64,000 nt of DNA from assembly GCA_013239625.1 (NCBI GenBank), contig MU053881.1:5789957-5853956 (forward strand), written 5' to 3'. Below, in pieces: positions 1 to 13,128 of this stretch. The notes under the pieces were generated by a model. The model was not told the DNA's origin. It ran no database searches and was given only the letters and a program-made list of their open reading frames with translations. Positions within the stretch are counted from its first letter, which is position 1. Each line of letters starts with the position of its first letter. Made by a program: the position numbers and the translations under genes. This DNA is from Lama guanicoe (lineage: Eukaryota).

Positions 1-280
1 CACGCCGCAGGACACCTAATCCCGCTCCCGCTCCTTCCAAGGCAGCGCCGCGCTCTCCCGACGGCATGGGCTCCGGCGGCGAGAGCCAGCGGGCGCCCGG
101 GAGCCGCCGCGCGCTCGGCCCGGCCCGGCCTCTCGGGGCCTTGGGAGTGTTCCCTGCGGCCCATCTGCACAAACAGACGGGGGCCAGGTCTGCGCCTCAG
201 GAATGAGGAGATAAAAGGGACCATCGGGGCTTTTTCCACCAAAGGCGAAAGCGTTTTATAGAACGGGCTGCGAGTTTTTG
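1..280. promoter_or_regulatory. CpG island (right edge; continues left of the window)
   Basis: Very GC-rich with dense CpG (cgccgcgc, gcggcg, gcgcgctcggcccggcccggcc) compared with the CpG-depleted bulk of the window. No gene can be assigned from the sequence. Confidence 0.7.
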
Positions 281-1049
281 TTTCAGGAAATTTCATCATG
301 TCTCCAAGAAGGGGAGGGGAGAAAAAGAGCGAGGGAGAGAGAGAGGGAGAGAGGGAAGTTAATTGGCCTCAGATTTTCTCACTCCCTTTTCATGTTGGTA
401 ACACGAGGCGGCCCAGGTCAGCCTCAGGTCAGCGACGTTTGGGCTCTTTAGTGCCCCTCTGTGAATACCTCATTTCTGTAATAGTTTTTCCTTTAAAAAC
501 AGCTCTGCCTTCTTTGGCAGATGGTGACATTCCATTAGCATATGGAATATTTTTCAAAACACATCCGAAAGCATGTCTCTGACGGAGGAGACTGGGCAAA
601 AGCAAACGAATGTTTGAAAAGTACGTTGGGAGCAACTCAACATTGAACAGAAGGTTCCCCCTCCACTCGCCCCCCCACCCACGCCTCCCCACCGTGGCTC
701 CTGGATTGCTAGTGTAACCCAAAGAGGGGAGAGGATTTTCCTCCAAAGCTTAGTCGGTTGGCTTTACTATGACCATCACAGTACCCAGAGGGTGGCCAGA
801 GAGAGCCTGAACCCAGAGGACAAAGAGCACGTTGGCATGACTTTGGTGAGACTTTGTGGATGGGGCCCTGGGGGTAGTGATGGATGCTTTGTGTTCGTTG
901 AGCACCTCTTCTGTGCCAGATGCAGTGTGTGACATATTGTCTTTCCTGCTGAAACCCATGTACCACACAGTGGGCAGAGAGAGCTCTTGCACACAGAAGT
1001 CAGGCCGTGTCCCTGCCCTGTCTGACCCTCTCTAGCGGCTGCCCTCCCT

Positions 1050-1385
1050 GCTGAGTTAGAATCAGATTCAAACTCCTTGTTATGGTCTGCACTGATCTAG
1101 CCCCTGCCTGCCTGTCCAACATCAGCTTCTCTCTGTCACTCCCACCTGAGCTACATGACTTTCTTTCCGGTCTTTATTTCTGCCTCAGGGCCTTTGCACA
1201 AGCTGTCTCTGCTGCCTAGCATGCCATGACTCACTGCCCCCCCCCCAGCTATTCCTCATCATTCAGGACTCGGCTCAAATTCCCTTGTCTCTGAGAAGCC
1301 TTCTCTGACCAGGTCATCTAAACTACCCCATGTCACTCTCTGTCACATCCTGTGTTCTATTTACTCTATAATACTTACCATTTTA
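1050..1385 (+). mobile_element. L2 LINE 3' fragment
   Basis: L2-like motifs tcaaactcctt...gcccctgcctgcctgtcc...cagggcctttgcacaagctgt...ctcaaat...gagaagccttctctgacc. Confidence 0.6.
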
Positions 1386-2239
1386 TTACTTTTTTTGGTT
1401 TACTCGTATTTATTCAAGGCATAGTTTTTGAAGCCCTACTGTGTGCTAGATTCTGAGCTAGGCAGTGATAAAACAAACCCCTTGGCCCCACGAAGCCTAC
1501 GGTGTGACATGGGAAGGCACCTGATAAATAAATTGTGTATGTTTTGACTTCCTTGACCAGAAACATAACCTTCCTAGGACCCGCCTGGGACCTGGTTTGT
1601 CTTCTTCAGAAGCCATTTTGGGCTGTGGTTCTCACAGAGCTCAGGGAATCATAGTTCAGTGAACCCCATTTTATAAGCAACGGCGTTCAGGCACAGAACA
1701 GGAAGTGGCTCTCAAGATCACCCTGCTAACAAAGCAGCTGAGCAGGGATCTGCACCCAGTTCTGTCTTATCCCGAAGCTGGCTTGCCACCAGGGCTGCCC
1801 AGCCCAAGGCCTCTCATGGGTGCCTTCCCCTTTGCTGCTTCCTTACCCCAGCCCCACACCTCTGTCCTCCCATCTCCACACGTCCTAGCCAACCTACTGG
1901 TGGCCGTTTCCTCAGGCCCCCGCTCTCCGAGGGGCTCCTAACCCTGCATCACTGTGGACCATGCCCATCAGCTCCCTGAGCCCCTGTTGCCTTGTCAAAA
2001 TGAGAATTTAAACCACAATACATCTGCTAAAGCTCCTGAAATTCTATTATCCTGCTTTCTGATCAACCAGTCCGTAAATTGCGTTCCAGGAAGCGTTAAA
2101 AGGTAGTTTTGCTTTCTGCATTCTGCACCCCCGGCTGGACAGTCTTGTCAAGGTCCAACGTGGTTTCAGCGGCTTCCTCTTTTCAGACTTATTTCTAGCC
2201 CACTACTCGGCTCACTCCACTGAGCCAAGGCTAAAAGCC

Positions 2240-2750
2240 TATCAAACTGGCCTCCTCACGGGGGCGTTTATTAGCTCATGTTGCACACAAGCCCGGGGGT
2301 GGGCTAGTTCCAGGCAAGGCTGGGTCTGAAAGCCTCAAACTATGTCCCCTGCTCTCGGGACTCACTCTCCCTCCCTGTCCTGCTGTCCTCTCTCGTGGTC
2401 TCTTTGGAAGTCAGGCTCTCTTCCCACATGGTGGTCAGGTGGCTGCTAGCAACCCCAGGAGCACATCCTAGCCTCTTACTATCTCTTCTGGCCGGCCCAG
2501 AGAGTCCTGGGATTCAGCCTCCTTGGCTCAGATAGGGTCACGGGCCCACCCTGAAACCTCTCACTGTGGTCAGAGGAGTGAGGTGCTCTGGGCGGCCAGG
2601 CCGAGGTCACATGGCCACCAGAGCCCGGAGTCCACCCCGCACAAACCACATGGACTGAGAAGGGAAGGGAGGCAGATGCCCAAAGGAAGCTCAGGGTGCT
2701 GAGGTCCAAAAAGAAAGGGAAATGGAGGCCAGGCAGACAAAACCCAGTGT
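2240..2750 (-). mobile_element. old MaLR (MLT1-type) LTR, degenerate
   Basis: tttattagctcatgt...ttccaggcaaggctgg...caggctctc...gtggctgctagcaaccccagg...ggtcacgggcccaccctgaa resembles MLT1J/K/L in reverse. Confidence 0.45.
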
Positions 2751-4181
2751 TCACTGCTCCTGCCACTCGGCCTGCCTTTTCCCCCCGCGGGAAATGACTA
2801 ACTTTGCACGTTCTTCAAGGCCCAGCTCACATATAACCTCCTCCCCGATCCACTGAGCAGGAGCTAAGTCCTGCATGGGCGCCTCTCAGGCCTCGTCACT
2901 TTCTGCTTGGTGTTGCAGCCGTTGTCCTGAACGTCTGAGGACCAGCGGGGGAGAAGGTGAAAGGGTCCGCCTTGGAGATCAGAGGGTTTGGGGTCAAATC
3001 TCCTCTCTGCTTGTCATTGGTCGGATGACCGCGGACAAGGCACTTCTATCCAAGCAACTCCTCCTTCCCCAGCCTGCTCTGAGCACTCAACGAGATGAAG
3101 CCAGCCCAGCCTGGGTTAGGAGGGCAATTGATTTCCTTCACACCAGAATCCATCCTCGGTCATCTGTGTGTCCCCAGCCCCCATCACAGGTACTGATAAC
3201 TGTGTGTAGAGTGAACAAACCCGTGGCTTCCAGCACTGTCAGGGTACAGAAGGGTCCCCCCTTCCACAGCCCTTGGGTTTCAAAGTGAGCGCTTCATTTG
3301 AAATGTCATGGACTCAAAGACTCTCGAAAACCCTTGAAATGTGAATTTGGTACAGAACGCAGGGTGTGTGCTCTGTGACCCAGTGCGGTAACTCTGACAC
3401 CCGGTTAGAGTTTGAACCCCACCAAGCTGGTGAAGGGAGCCCAGAGAAAAGTCTAATACAGACTGTCCATCATTCAAATGATTCTGCTCTTAAAAGAACT
3501 TTCGGGAGGTGAGAGGGAAAAGGGATGGTAAATTCTGAATTTAAATTGCCTGCGAGGTTCACTCCATCCTGGCTTAATATGCAGCTTTATCCTGTAACTT
3601 TAATATGTGTCAAGAGACTTGTTGGTTACGGGGAACAAATGGGATCATATGTGCAAGGGTACCGAGGACGGTGTGTAGCGCGAAGTGGGGGTTCCATGAG
3701 TGCAGTGGGATTGAACCCAAGTCTTGCTCGGTGGTCTGACATACCCGCGACCCCCTGGGTTGCTGTGGAGGAGGTCCACCGGCTGCCTGTATCTCCCGCT
3801 GGCTCTCACACTCCCGCCGCAAGACACTGGTCACTGACGCTGAGGTCCTAAAACCCGGGGTGAAATTCAAGTGGTGTGTGATGTAGTTCTGCTGTGGCTG
3901 CTGTTGCTGGGAGCAGAATTCAGGCAAGTGAAGTCGACCCCAGGCCCTTTTCCCTAAGTCCTGGCTGGCATGACTTCATTTTCAAGACAAGTCTATAACC
4001 TTGACCACCTCCTTCCCTTGCAGAAGCCACGCAACTTTCAAACCAAGAGCACTGTGATGTTGTTATTTTAGGCACAAGGTTTTGTGTTGTGTTTTCACAA
4101 TGCCCTTCTGCGTGATTTCTGGAAAAGCCATGTCAAGTCCCTGGGTGTGACATTAGCTATAATGTGTCATGAATGCAGAGT

Positions 4182-4640
4182 TTTTACTGACCCGGGTCCT
4201 GGAGTCTTTAAGAAATAGAAATTGATAAGAGGCCAGACAAGGAATTCAGGCAAGGCTTTATTGGGACTCATGCTGTAGCAGGAGTGAGCGAAAACAAGTA
4301 ACAGGTCTCTCTCGGGGTGGTGGGTTGGCTGGTACCTCGGATGGGGTGAGGGGAGGGGCAGACCCGTGGGTCGGGCTGGAGGGGTGGTTTAGGTGGTCTG
4401 CGCACCCCCGTGGTGGTGGTGTGTGCAGGGATCATGCGTAGCCCCCTGCTTTTGCTCCTGACACCTCAGAAGTGGAAGTTGGGTTTTTGGCCTTTTTTAT
4501 CTTGTTCATAATTTGCCCCAATTGAGCAGTTATTTTTAGTCCCTTATAGTTTCTTTGCATTCTGTTGCTTGAGGAGACATTTGTCCAAGTGTTAAGCACT
4601 GCAGCAAAGGGTCCCAGGTCCTAGGTCCCAGCCTGTCTCA
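4182..4640 (-). mobile_element. solo ERV1-type LTR (~460 bp), relatively young
   Basis: Begins TGAGACAGG on the minus strand and has a minus-strand AATAAA (tttatt 4257-4262). The ttactgacccggg...aatagaaattgat...aggccagacaag end resembles artiodactyl LTRs. No clear TSD. Confidence 0.7.
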
Positions 4641-5851
4641 GGATTCCCCTGGGGAAGAAACTGTGAAGTTGCAATGGTCCTAGGCTCCAAGGTGCCTTGG
4701 GAGGCAAAGGGGCTTCCTGCTGAGGGCTAGTCCCAGCCAGCATTTGGACATTGTCACTGTCGAGGTCCCAGCTTGCCTGACTGCAGGCTCTAGAACGGTG
4801 CCCTTCCTTGGGTGACGTCAGCCTGAGGCTGGCTCTGGCTCTTCGAGGGACAGCAGACTCCCAGGCTCCCTGTGCTGCTCCCCTGACTGGGCGCCAGGAC
4901 CCGGGTCTGCAGCCTGGGGCCTGGCTCCTGGCTCTGCGTGTGAGTCTCTGAGCCAGGACCTGGGGCAGGTTCTCTGCTATCAGATCCCTTCAGAGCAGGA
5001 GTTCACACGTCTTCATTCCCTCGCTGCAGAGCCAGCCTGTTTCCTGTGCATCTATTTCTTCTGCCATCGACTTGCTGACTCACTCCATGCTGCCCTATTT
5101 AAATCCCAGGGACAGACTTGAATCCCAGAGAGAACAGACCGATCGCTCAATTTCTTGCAACCACTGGGCGGTATCTTTTGTTCTGGCCTCCTCATAGGTT
5201 ACCAACGAGCCAGTGGGTGGGCTGCCCTTGTCTCAGGTGCCCCTCTTTGGTCCAATCCGTGGCCTTCCCTTGTTCAAGCACAGCCTCAAGTGATCTCCCT
5301 TCACAGCAGCCTTGGTAGGGGCGGTTTCCTTTAGGAGGACGCATAGGTGCGGCTGACACCGGTCACTGGTCAGGGCACTGTTCCCCTGATCCCCCGTGCC
5401 TGCCCGGCTCCTTGATAAACCTTGTCAGGTCCATATAACAGGCTGATAAGTAGCAACCGCATGCTCCTGAAATTACTTGGACGTTGTAAGATCCAAGGGG
5501 CAAATCCCTCCACTCTCCATCGCACGAGAAGGCTCTCCAGGAAGGCTGGCATCCACACAGCAACAGCATCTCTTCCGCGGCAGTGTCTACCCATCACTGC
5601 AGTATCTACTGGAGTCTGACTTGTCTCTCAGTCCTGGAGTCTAGCCCCATGCTTGACACTCAGTCAGCCCTCAACAGTTGCTTTTGGAATAGCCATGAAA
5701 ATGCAGGGCTGCTCAAATGAGATTAAGATGAGCCGTACTGAGAAGTTTAAGGCACAAATCTCTGGCCTTGGTCTGTTTCCACCACTACTTGATATTCCTG
5801 GATCAGCTCTTACATCTCATTAATATTGCGTTTTCTCTGCAGTTGCCTTGA

Positions 5852-6076
5852 AATATTTCCCACTGTGTGTCCTGTGGGGTAATAGTTCCATGAAATGTTA
5901 AATAAGTATTATAAGTGAAAAAGGATTCTGTGATCAAGTGAATTTGGGAAATGCCAAGGTAAAGAAAGTTAAACAGGTTGTTTAAACTGTGGGACTTATC
6001 AGAACCTTTAAAGTACTAATGCGTGCTGCTACAGTAAAGGAGGCTTTTGTGTTTCCCACACTTCTTTGATTTTGGA

Positions 6077-6120
<44 letters not shown>

Positions 6121-6197
6121 CATCATCGTCGTCATTATTTGAACTCTGTGGTTATCTCACAGGGCTACGGTTGGAAGAGCCAAACACTGAGAAATGC
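5852..6197. mobile_element. MER103C-like hAT-Charlie element, interrupted by an (ATT)n microsatellite
   Basis: tttcccactgtgtgt...tagttccatgaaatgttaa...tttgggaaatgc...aaagttaaacaggtt...aaacactgagaaatgct matches the MER103C layout. Confidence 0.65.
6077..6139. repeat. compound trinucleotide microsatellite (ATT)14(ATC)3(GTC)2(ATT)2
   Basis: Read directly from sequence. Confidence 0.95.
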
Positions 6198-6636
6198 TCC
6201 TCTGGACAGAAACGGAATGCTGTCTTTCCCCTTTATTAGACATGTGGGATTTATAGCATTTGCTTATCTGTCTGGCCATTACTGCTGGATGAGGCAGGAC
6301 AGGCGTGTGTACTGGATGCGACTGTCTGTCTTCAGTGATGTTGCCTGCTCATCCTGTTGGTCCACTAGTGATGCGCCGTGGTTGTTATGGTGGTGAGAGG
6401 GCAGCTGCAGACCTGGGAGGAGACCGTGAATTACCTGTGTATAAACTCTGGGGAGCTTCTTTGAACTGGGGTTGAGTCACAGCATTGCCTACTCCATGAG
6501 AACATCACAAAGTATATAAAGTTCTCTAACAGCCTGGTTTTTGTCTTTAAGTACGTCGTACTTGAAGACCCCAGGGAAGGTACGGTTGTAAAGGAGGGCT
6601 GGGAGGAGTGACATATTGGATGATGTATTCCTTCTC

Positions 6637-6863
6637 CTGGGCTTCTCGGCCTTAGCACTGCTGCTGTTTGCCTGGGACCATTCTCGGTTGGAGGAGGGGG
6701 CGCCTTGTGCACTGTAGGGTGTTTGGCGGCTTCCCTGGCCTCTACCCTCAGATGCCAGTAGCACAGATTTTCTTCCCTTTGCCCCACTCTGACAACCGAA
6801 AGTATCTCCAGACGTTGCCAAATGTCCCCCGGGGGACAAAATCACCCCGGTTGAGAACCATTG
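6637..6863 (-). mobile_element. MER20 (hAT-Charlie), near full length
   Basis: Minus strand reads CAATGGTTCTCAACCGGGGTGATTTTGTCCCCCGGGGGACATTTGGCAACGTCTGGAGA...GTGCTAAGGCCGAGAAGCCC. Confidence 0.9.
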
Positions 6864-7026
6864 CTTTAAGGAGAGCTTGACCAAAGGCTTTCAGAGTCTG
6901 TTACCATCCTTTCAGAAAAAGGAAAATAGTGCTGTCATACTCAGAGCATGATCTGAGAGCTTATAATAATTGCCAAGTAATTAAACTCCATTTGGGGCAT
7001 CTTCTTAACTCACTTCTAAGGCTCAT

Positions 7027-7540
7027 GTATCTGTTGAGGTTCTTGGTTGCAAGTAACAGAAGACCCAGTTCAAAATGGTCTAAGCAAAAAAGGAAATTGT
7101 TTTGGCTCACGTAGTCCAGTGTATATAGCATGAGCCTCAGGCACATTTGGATCCAGGTGCTTGAGCAGTGTTATCAAGGATCAAGAATTTTTCCAACTCT
7201 CCGCTGTGACTTCCTTGATATTGGCGCCATTCTTAGGCTCTTCCCACGTGGTGGTGAGACGGCTGCCAGCAGCTGCGGCCTGCTCCTCCCTACAACACAT
7301 CTGGTCAAAAAGGGAGAGCTTCTCTTCCCTCATCATTCAAATGAAGGCCTGGATCTGATTCCCAGTGGCCCAGGAGATTATGCTTCTCTCATTAGCTACG
7401 CCTGATTCACACACCTGTCCATGGAGCCAACACCAACTGAACAATTCAATTGGGAATGGGGAGTGGAGGGTTCCCCACACGAAAACTAGGACAGTTACCT
7501 GAAAAGAGGTCAGTGGATGCTGGTTAGGCAAGCACCTCTA
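7027..7540 (-). mobile_element. MLT1J/K-type MaLR LTR
   Basis: ggttcttggttgcaagtaacagaagacccagttcaaaatggtctaagcaaaaaaggaaa...ggatccaggtgct...ggctgccagcagc. Confidence 0.65.
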
Positions 7541-7934
7541 CTGCCCCATTAATAATAAAAACTATAATAACAATAGCCAGGAACACCAGCCTCCATTTGT
7601 GGTACAGGAGCTCTGTACCAGACCCCTACACTGCATTAGTGTTCATCCCATCATCCCATTTTACAGATGGGTAAGTGGAGTCTCAGAGGGAGATGAAATG
7701 ACACAGCCAAAATCACACAGCTGAGCAGCGACCGACCCACAGTCCTGGGGCACCACTTTGCCTCCTACAAGGTACCCTCCCTAACCAACTTCTGTTGTTT
7801 TTTTTTTTTAAATCTTAATTTTTATTCATTACCAAAATTATTTACTTTCTTGATTTACTATCTAAACACACAACATATATATTATATACATTATATATAT
7901 TGTTTTAACTTAGATACTTGTATATGTAGATATC

Positions 7935-8032
7935 TTTTTTTTTTGAGATATAGTCAGTTTACAATGTTGTGTCAGTTTCTGGTGTGCACCACAGTGTCAT
8001 ACATGGATATACATATATTCATTTTCATATTC
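7935..8032 (-). mobile_element. young L1 3' end fragment
   Basis: T-tract followed by gagatatagtcagtttacaatgttgtgtcagtttctggtgt; the same 3' end occurs at 36954, 57375 and 60110. Confidence 0.75.
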
Positions 8033-8304
8033 TAACCCCCTTCTGCTCTACAACAATCTAGAAGCTTCCACGAGGTCTCCTTGATGATATTCTGGAAAGA
8101 GGTGGTGGGACAGTGGAGGGCCACCTTCAGGTCACTGCCCAACTTGCTGAAAATTCTCTTGTCAATTTGATGCCGGTTTGTGACAGTAACCCCTTAAGGG
8201 CCATTTCTGACCCAGCAAGACAGGCGATGCTTGATTGGCGTTTTCAGACGCAGTCCTTCTTGGTCTACTTCTGCTGTTCTGTCTTTGTGCCCCTGGGTGC
8301 GTTA

Positions 8305-8520
8305 TTAATAATAGTTAAAATTTCTAGAGGGCTTACAATGTGCTGGGCACATTTCTTTGACATAATTTCATGTAATTTCCTCAAGTACCATATTAGTAGA
8401 TGCTACCATTATACCCATTTTACAGAGGAAGTAACTGAGACTTGTGAGGGCCGGATGACTTGCCCTAGGTCACCCCACAGCAGATGGGAGAACCGGGGTT
8501 TGAACCCAGGCAATCCTGTT
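8305..8520 (-). mobile_element. MIR SINE
   Basis: Core cccattttacagaggaagtaactgag...gacttgccctaggtcac...tttgaacccaggca. Confidence 0.8.
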
Positions 8521-8544
8521 GCCTTTACTGTGACGCAAAACTTC

Positions 8545-8945
8545 AGAAATTGCAAACCCGTGGCCTGTGAGTCCAATTCGGCTTACAGATATGTTTTGTT
8601 TGGCCCACATAGTACTTAAAAAAAAAAACAACATTCGAGTTAGTTGCCAATGTTTTAAAATTGAGAACCTGCATATTAAAAAACAAAATTCATTCTTTCC
8701 TATTTCTCTTGAAAAAAATCAGAAGATTGGCAACACTGGGCCTGCATTCCCGCCGGAGGCGGATTGGCCGGAGCTGACAGCTCGGTCCCAGCTGTCCCCA
8801 GCGCCACAGTCTCCATCACTCCCCGTGGCCTTCCTAAGGCCGAGGCCGAGCACCGTCCGTCGTGGCGCATCCTGCGTGCCTGTGTTTTGTTTATGTCCTC
8901 CGTGCTTTACCTGCATGGCCTCTAAGGGTGTTTGGGCCCGCTGCC
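8545..8945 (-). mobile_element. MER102-like hAT-Charlie element
   Basis: tctcttgaaaaaaatcagaagattggcaacactgggcctgcattccc...gccacagtctccatcactccc. Confidence 0.6.
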
Positions 8946-9857
8946 CCCTCTCCCCACGAGGGGCCCCTCCCAGCTCTGACCACAGTGGTTTGGGTGGGGG
9001 TGGTCCTCCTCCGCAAATTTCGCAGGAAGCTCTCTCGCTGGTGAAGGTCTGACTTGGGCACCAGAAGAGCTGGAAAGAGCCCCACTTTTCCTTCCCTCCT
9101 GTGCCTCAGTCACCACCCCCCATCTTTGGTTTATTGACACTCTGAGGCCGCTTTCTTGGCAGTGCTTGCCTGGGGTACACGACCGTTTTCCCCCGGTTCC
9201 CTCCAGAGCCCCCTACCATTTTCTTCCTAATTCTTCTCAGGAGAACCATCACTTGGATTATCATGAAACCTGAGCACACGAGCATGAGGTGCAACCCTTT
9301 ACAACCTTCGGACCATTTCATTTCTGCCCAGTGCTGTTTGTTTAAACTCTTTGCTGGCAGGACCCCCGCTCAGGGGCCGAGTTCCTCCGCGCTCTCAGGC
9401 AGATGTTCTGGCTGGTTGCAGGGGCCGCGTCGAGAGCCAGGACAGGAGAGCCGGTGGCTGGAATCCAGGCTCTGGGAGGGTGGAGGGCACCTCACAGGTG
9501 TGCTCAGGGAGCAGAGGGATTTGGGATGAAAACAACAGCTCACAGTACTTTTATAACCAGGACTGATAGGCCCCAGTGGATGCATGAGAACACTGCGGCT
9601 CAGAGAGGTAGAGGCACTTGTCCAACGTCACACAGCTAGTTAAGAAGGGAAGAGAAAAATATTTTATATTGTTTGCAGATTAAGGTATGCTAAATTTCAG
9701 GCAGGTAGGCGATGATGACGATGATGATGAGGGCAAATGACAGGTGCAGTGGAGATACCGTCACCTGTCCAGGTGTTTCCTGGCTTCTGTTACAGCCTGC
9801 CTGCTCCCCGGGCAGCTCAGAATGATTCAGTGTGAAGATATTGGCATCTGTGTAGAC

Positions 9858-10060
9858 TGAGTCCTACCACTGACTGGCTGAGTGACCTTAGGTAAGTCAC
9901 GTAACCTCCACAAGCCTCAGTTTCCTCATCTGCAAAATGGGAAGTGGGGATTGGAAAGAGCAGTTCGTAGGAGTTTTGTAAGGAATAAATGAGATAATGC
10001 AGTAAAGTATTTCAGACTTCCCTTACATGACAGAGCATGGTGTGTAATACTTGCTGAATA
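9858..10060 (+). mobile_element. MIR SINE
   Basis: gtgaccttaggtaagtcac...gcctcagtttcctcatctgcaaaatggg. Confidence 0.8.
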
Positions 10061-12727
10061 CATGGTAACTTTTTCTGTTTCACCCTGAAGCGTCAGCACA
10101 AGGCCCTGCACACAGTGGGCACAGTGAACACTGTCCAGAGTCCTCCTTCCTGGGAGGCAGTGGGCAGAGGCCAGGTTCAAACTCCGGCCCCTCAGTTTGC
10201 TCCGTGTGTTGCTCGGGGAACCGCACCGACCCTCTCAGGGCTCCAGCCCCCTTGTTTGTCGGGGGGTGGGGTGGGGAGGAAATACTACTTCCGTTGCAGG
10301 TCTGTTGGGGGACTAGAGGTGCTATTATGAGCACTGAGGATTCAGCTCCTGCCCAGGCCGGGCTGCCCTCTGAGGGGTCAGGTCACATGCACATTTCCAG
10401 AAAATCCAGGCGAATGGGGCGAGGGTCCCAGCACATCCTCACATGCAGACCTGTGAAATGGATGGGGGTCTCCACTAGCAGGAACTCATTTCCTGGAGAG
10501 GGAAGGAGAGAGAGAGGCTGGCAACCTCTCTTGAGGGCCTCCTGTGTCCACAGGCTTTGCCTCCCTCAAGAGTATTGTCTCAGTCACAAACTCAGGCGAG
10601 CAAAAATGCAGCTTTGTTTCTAGAACCCAGGCTGACAGCTCTGGTTTCCCAGCTGCCCCCCGGGGCCTCCACTTAATCTAGTCATTTCCCACCTTGCCTT
10701 GCTCCAGTTCAGGGACTTTAGCTCCCCTGACTGGGTTTACCATTCACTCATGTCCAGGTTTGATGGTCCTTCCCTTGCAGGCTCCTCCGTCCCTCTTGGT
10801 GGGATGGTGTGGGGGGGGGCCGCCTCTCCCCTGCCTCCCATCCACTTCTCTCCAGCCCGGCTCCCTCGGCCTGGGTAACTGTCCTACCAAATGGTGGCCT
10901 TGACCTCTGGAGCCCTGTGGGATCCCAGCCACACCCCCTGGACATGGCTGGAGAGCTGTGGGTCCCGCTCAGGAAATGTGGGGACTTGAAGCTCTGCTCC
11001 ACTTTTCTCGGAGGTGACAGCCAGTACTGCCATCTGCACAGCCCTCCATGTGTCCCCGAGGTGGAGACATGTCCACCTTCCCATCTTCCAGGAATGCTGT
11101 CACCTGGGTACCCACAATAAGGTCTCATACTGGCAACAACCCTTGGGGCTGGAAATAGATGTGAACCTGTTTTGCTGAATGAAGCGCTCAGGGAGATGGT
11201 TACTGGCTTCCGTCATTCCGTCAGGAATATGGCATTTGAACCCGGGGCCGTCTGATTCCAAAGCTTGCCCTTCTGGTTTGTGGTACAACCTCGAACCTGC
11301 TGCTAATGAGAAACCCAAGTTCTGATAACAGGAGAACCCTGTCTGCTTAGCACGTTGCAAGAAGGGCTTTTGGAGTCCCTTCTTTTTCATGGAGGAAACA
11401 GAGGCCCAGGGAGGGGAAGGGACTTACCCAAGGTCCCAGAGCTCAAGGCAGAATCAAGGTTCCATTTCAGCTTCCCGGGGCTCAAGCCACTGCTCCTCGT
11501 TCCCCAGCCGTGGGAGGCCTCCGGGCTGGGGACGCTGTCGCCCGCATCTGAGGAGGACATGGCTGTCCACTGGATGTCATGATTTCTCTACCAAAAGCGA
11601 GCGAGGCCTTCTCCTTGGCAGGAAAATAGGATGTTCCCCCTTCCTTGGGCAAGAAAGTTGCATGTGGGATGCTCAGGTGTGGACTCCCTCTCCTTTTGGC
11701 TCAGAGGCAGGAGTTGAAGCTGGCTTCTTGTTTTTCTAGGGTGGAGAAGGTCTGTGCACAAGCTGAGCCCCCTCCCTCCTGGACACCTGTGACCACCGAG
11801 GCCCGTCTTCATCCCCCGGAGCCCCGCCCCATGGCCTCGGCCCAAATCCCCTTGGTTAACCCTCCCTTCCCCCAATCTCTAAAATAAATAATCCTCCAAA
11901 ACACTCCCTCCACATGGGAACAGGCTGCCATCTCTCTCCACATCAGTTCAGAGCCATATTCACCCAGCAGGGACACTCTGCCAAGCCCTGAGCTGCCCGG
12001 TGCTGAGGATACAGAAGCCACAGGAAATGCTCCTGGCCCGAAGGGGAGGCCGTCACCAGCCGGACAATTTTAACTCTTTGAGGTCAGGGCTGTGCATTGA
12101 GATTATAGGGAGCAGGGAGCATGGGCCTTTCTGGGCGGGGGTCACGGAGATGGGGAGGGTGTGGGGAACGGTGTTCTCAGCAGAGACACAGCCTGTCAAG
12201 GTGAGAGGATGTGTGTGTCCGGAAGTGGTGTATGATTGGGGCACGAAGCGAAAGACAGGGAGGGGTGGGCGATGGCAGGGGCTGTCACAGAGAGGGGCTT
12301 CCTCAAGGAGGGGGCCTGGGGTCCCTGCCATCACCCACACCACCTTAGGACCCCCCCCCAGCACACACACACCAGGCAGTGGGGAGAGGCCAGGGCTCAG
12401 TGTCAGACAGACCCGGCCTCTTGTCCTTTGATCCGACTGTTAGCAAATAACCTTGGGAAAGGCAGCTGACCGCTCCACACTTTTGTTTTCTCACGTTCAC
12501 CATGAGAACACCACCTAGGAGACAGCGAGGTCAGGGATGTGGAAAGTGCTTTGGTAAAAGCCAGAAAGGGCCATTCTGGTGTTTGTCAGATGGATGTTAT
12601 GATAACATTTATCAAAATCATCTTCATTGAACATTCCAAGACTGAAGCCCAAATGACCAATGGACATGCAGAGAATGAGGGGAAGATCTGAATTAGGCAA
12701 AGAGGGGCAAATTCGGCAATAATCAAC

Positions 12728-13128
12728 TGTTAAGGGATGAACTGTGTCCTCCTCAAATTCACATGCTGAAGGCCTAGCCCCCAGAACCTCAGATGGGACC
12801 GTGTTTGGCGATAGGATTTTAAAGAGACAGTTAAGTTAAAATGAGGTTGTCAGGGAAGGACCGACCTCAATAGGACTGATGTCCTTATAAGAAAAGACGT
12901 TGGACACAGAGAAAGGCACCAGGGATATGAGCACACAGAAGGAAGACACGTGAAGACAAAGGAGAAGGCGGCCATCTGCAGGCCAAGGAGAGAGGGCTCA
13001 CAAGGAACCAAACTTGCAACACCTTGTCCTTGGACTTCCAGCCTCCAGAGCTGCAAGAAAACACAGTTCTGTTGTTTAAGTCACCCAGTCTGTGCTGTTT
13101 TGTTTTAGCAGCCCTAACAAACCAATCA
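12728..13128 (+). mobile_element. MLT1B/C-type MaLR solo LTR
   Basis: TG start; tgaactgtgtcc...aagttaaaatgagg...ggactgatgtccttataagaa...ttggacttccagcctccagagctg...gcagccctaacaaacc. Confidence 0.85.

Noticed and set aside
8113..9052. Long ORFs of 168 and 161 aa
   Set aside because: Run through MIR and MER102-like repeats; no domain or coding signature
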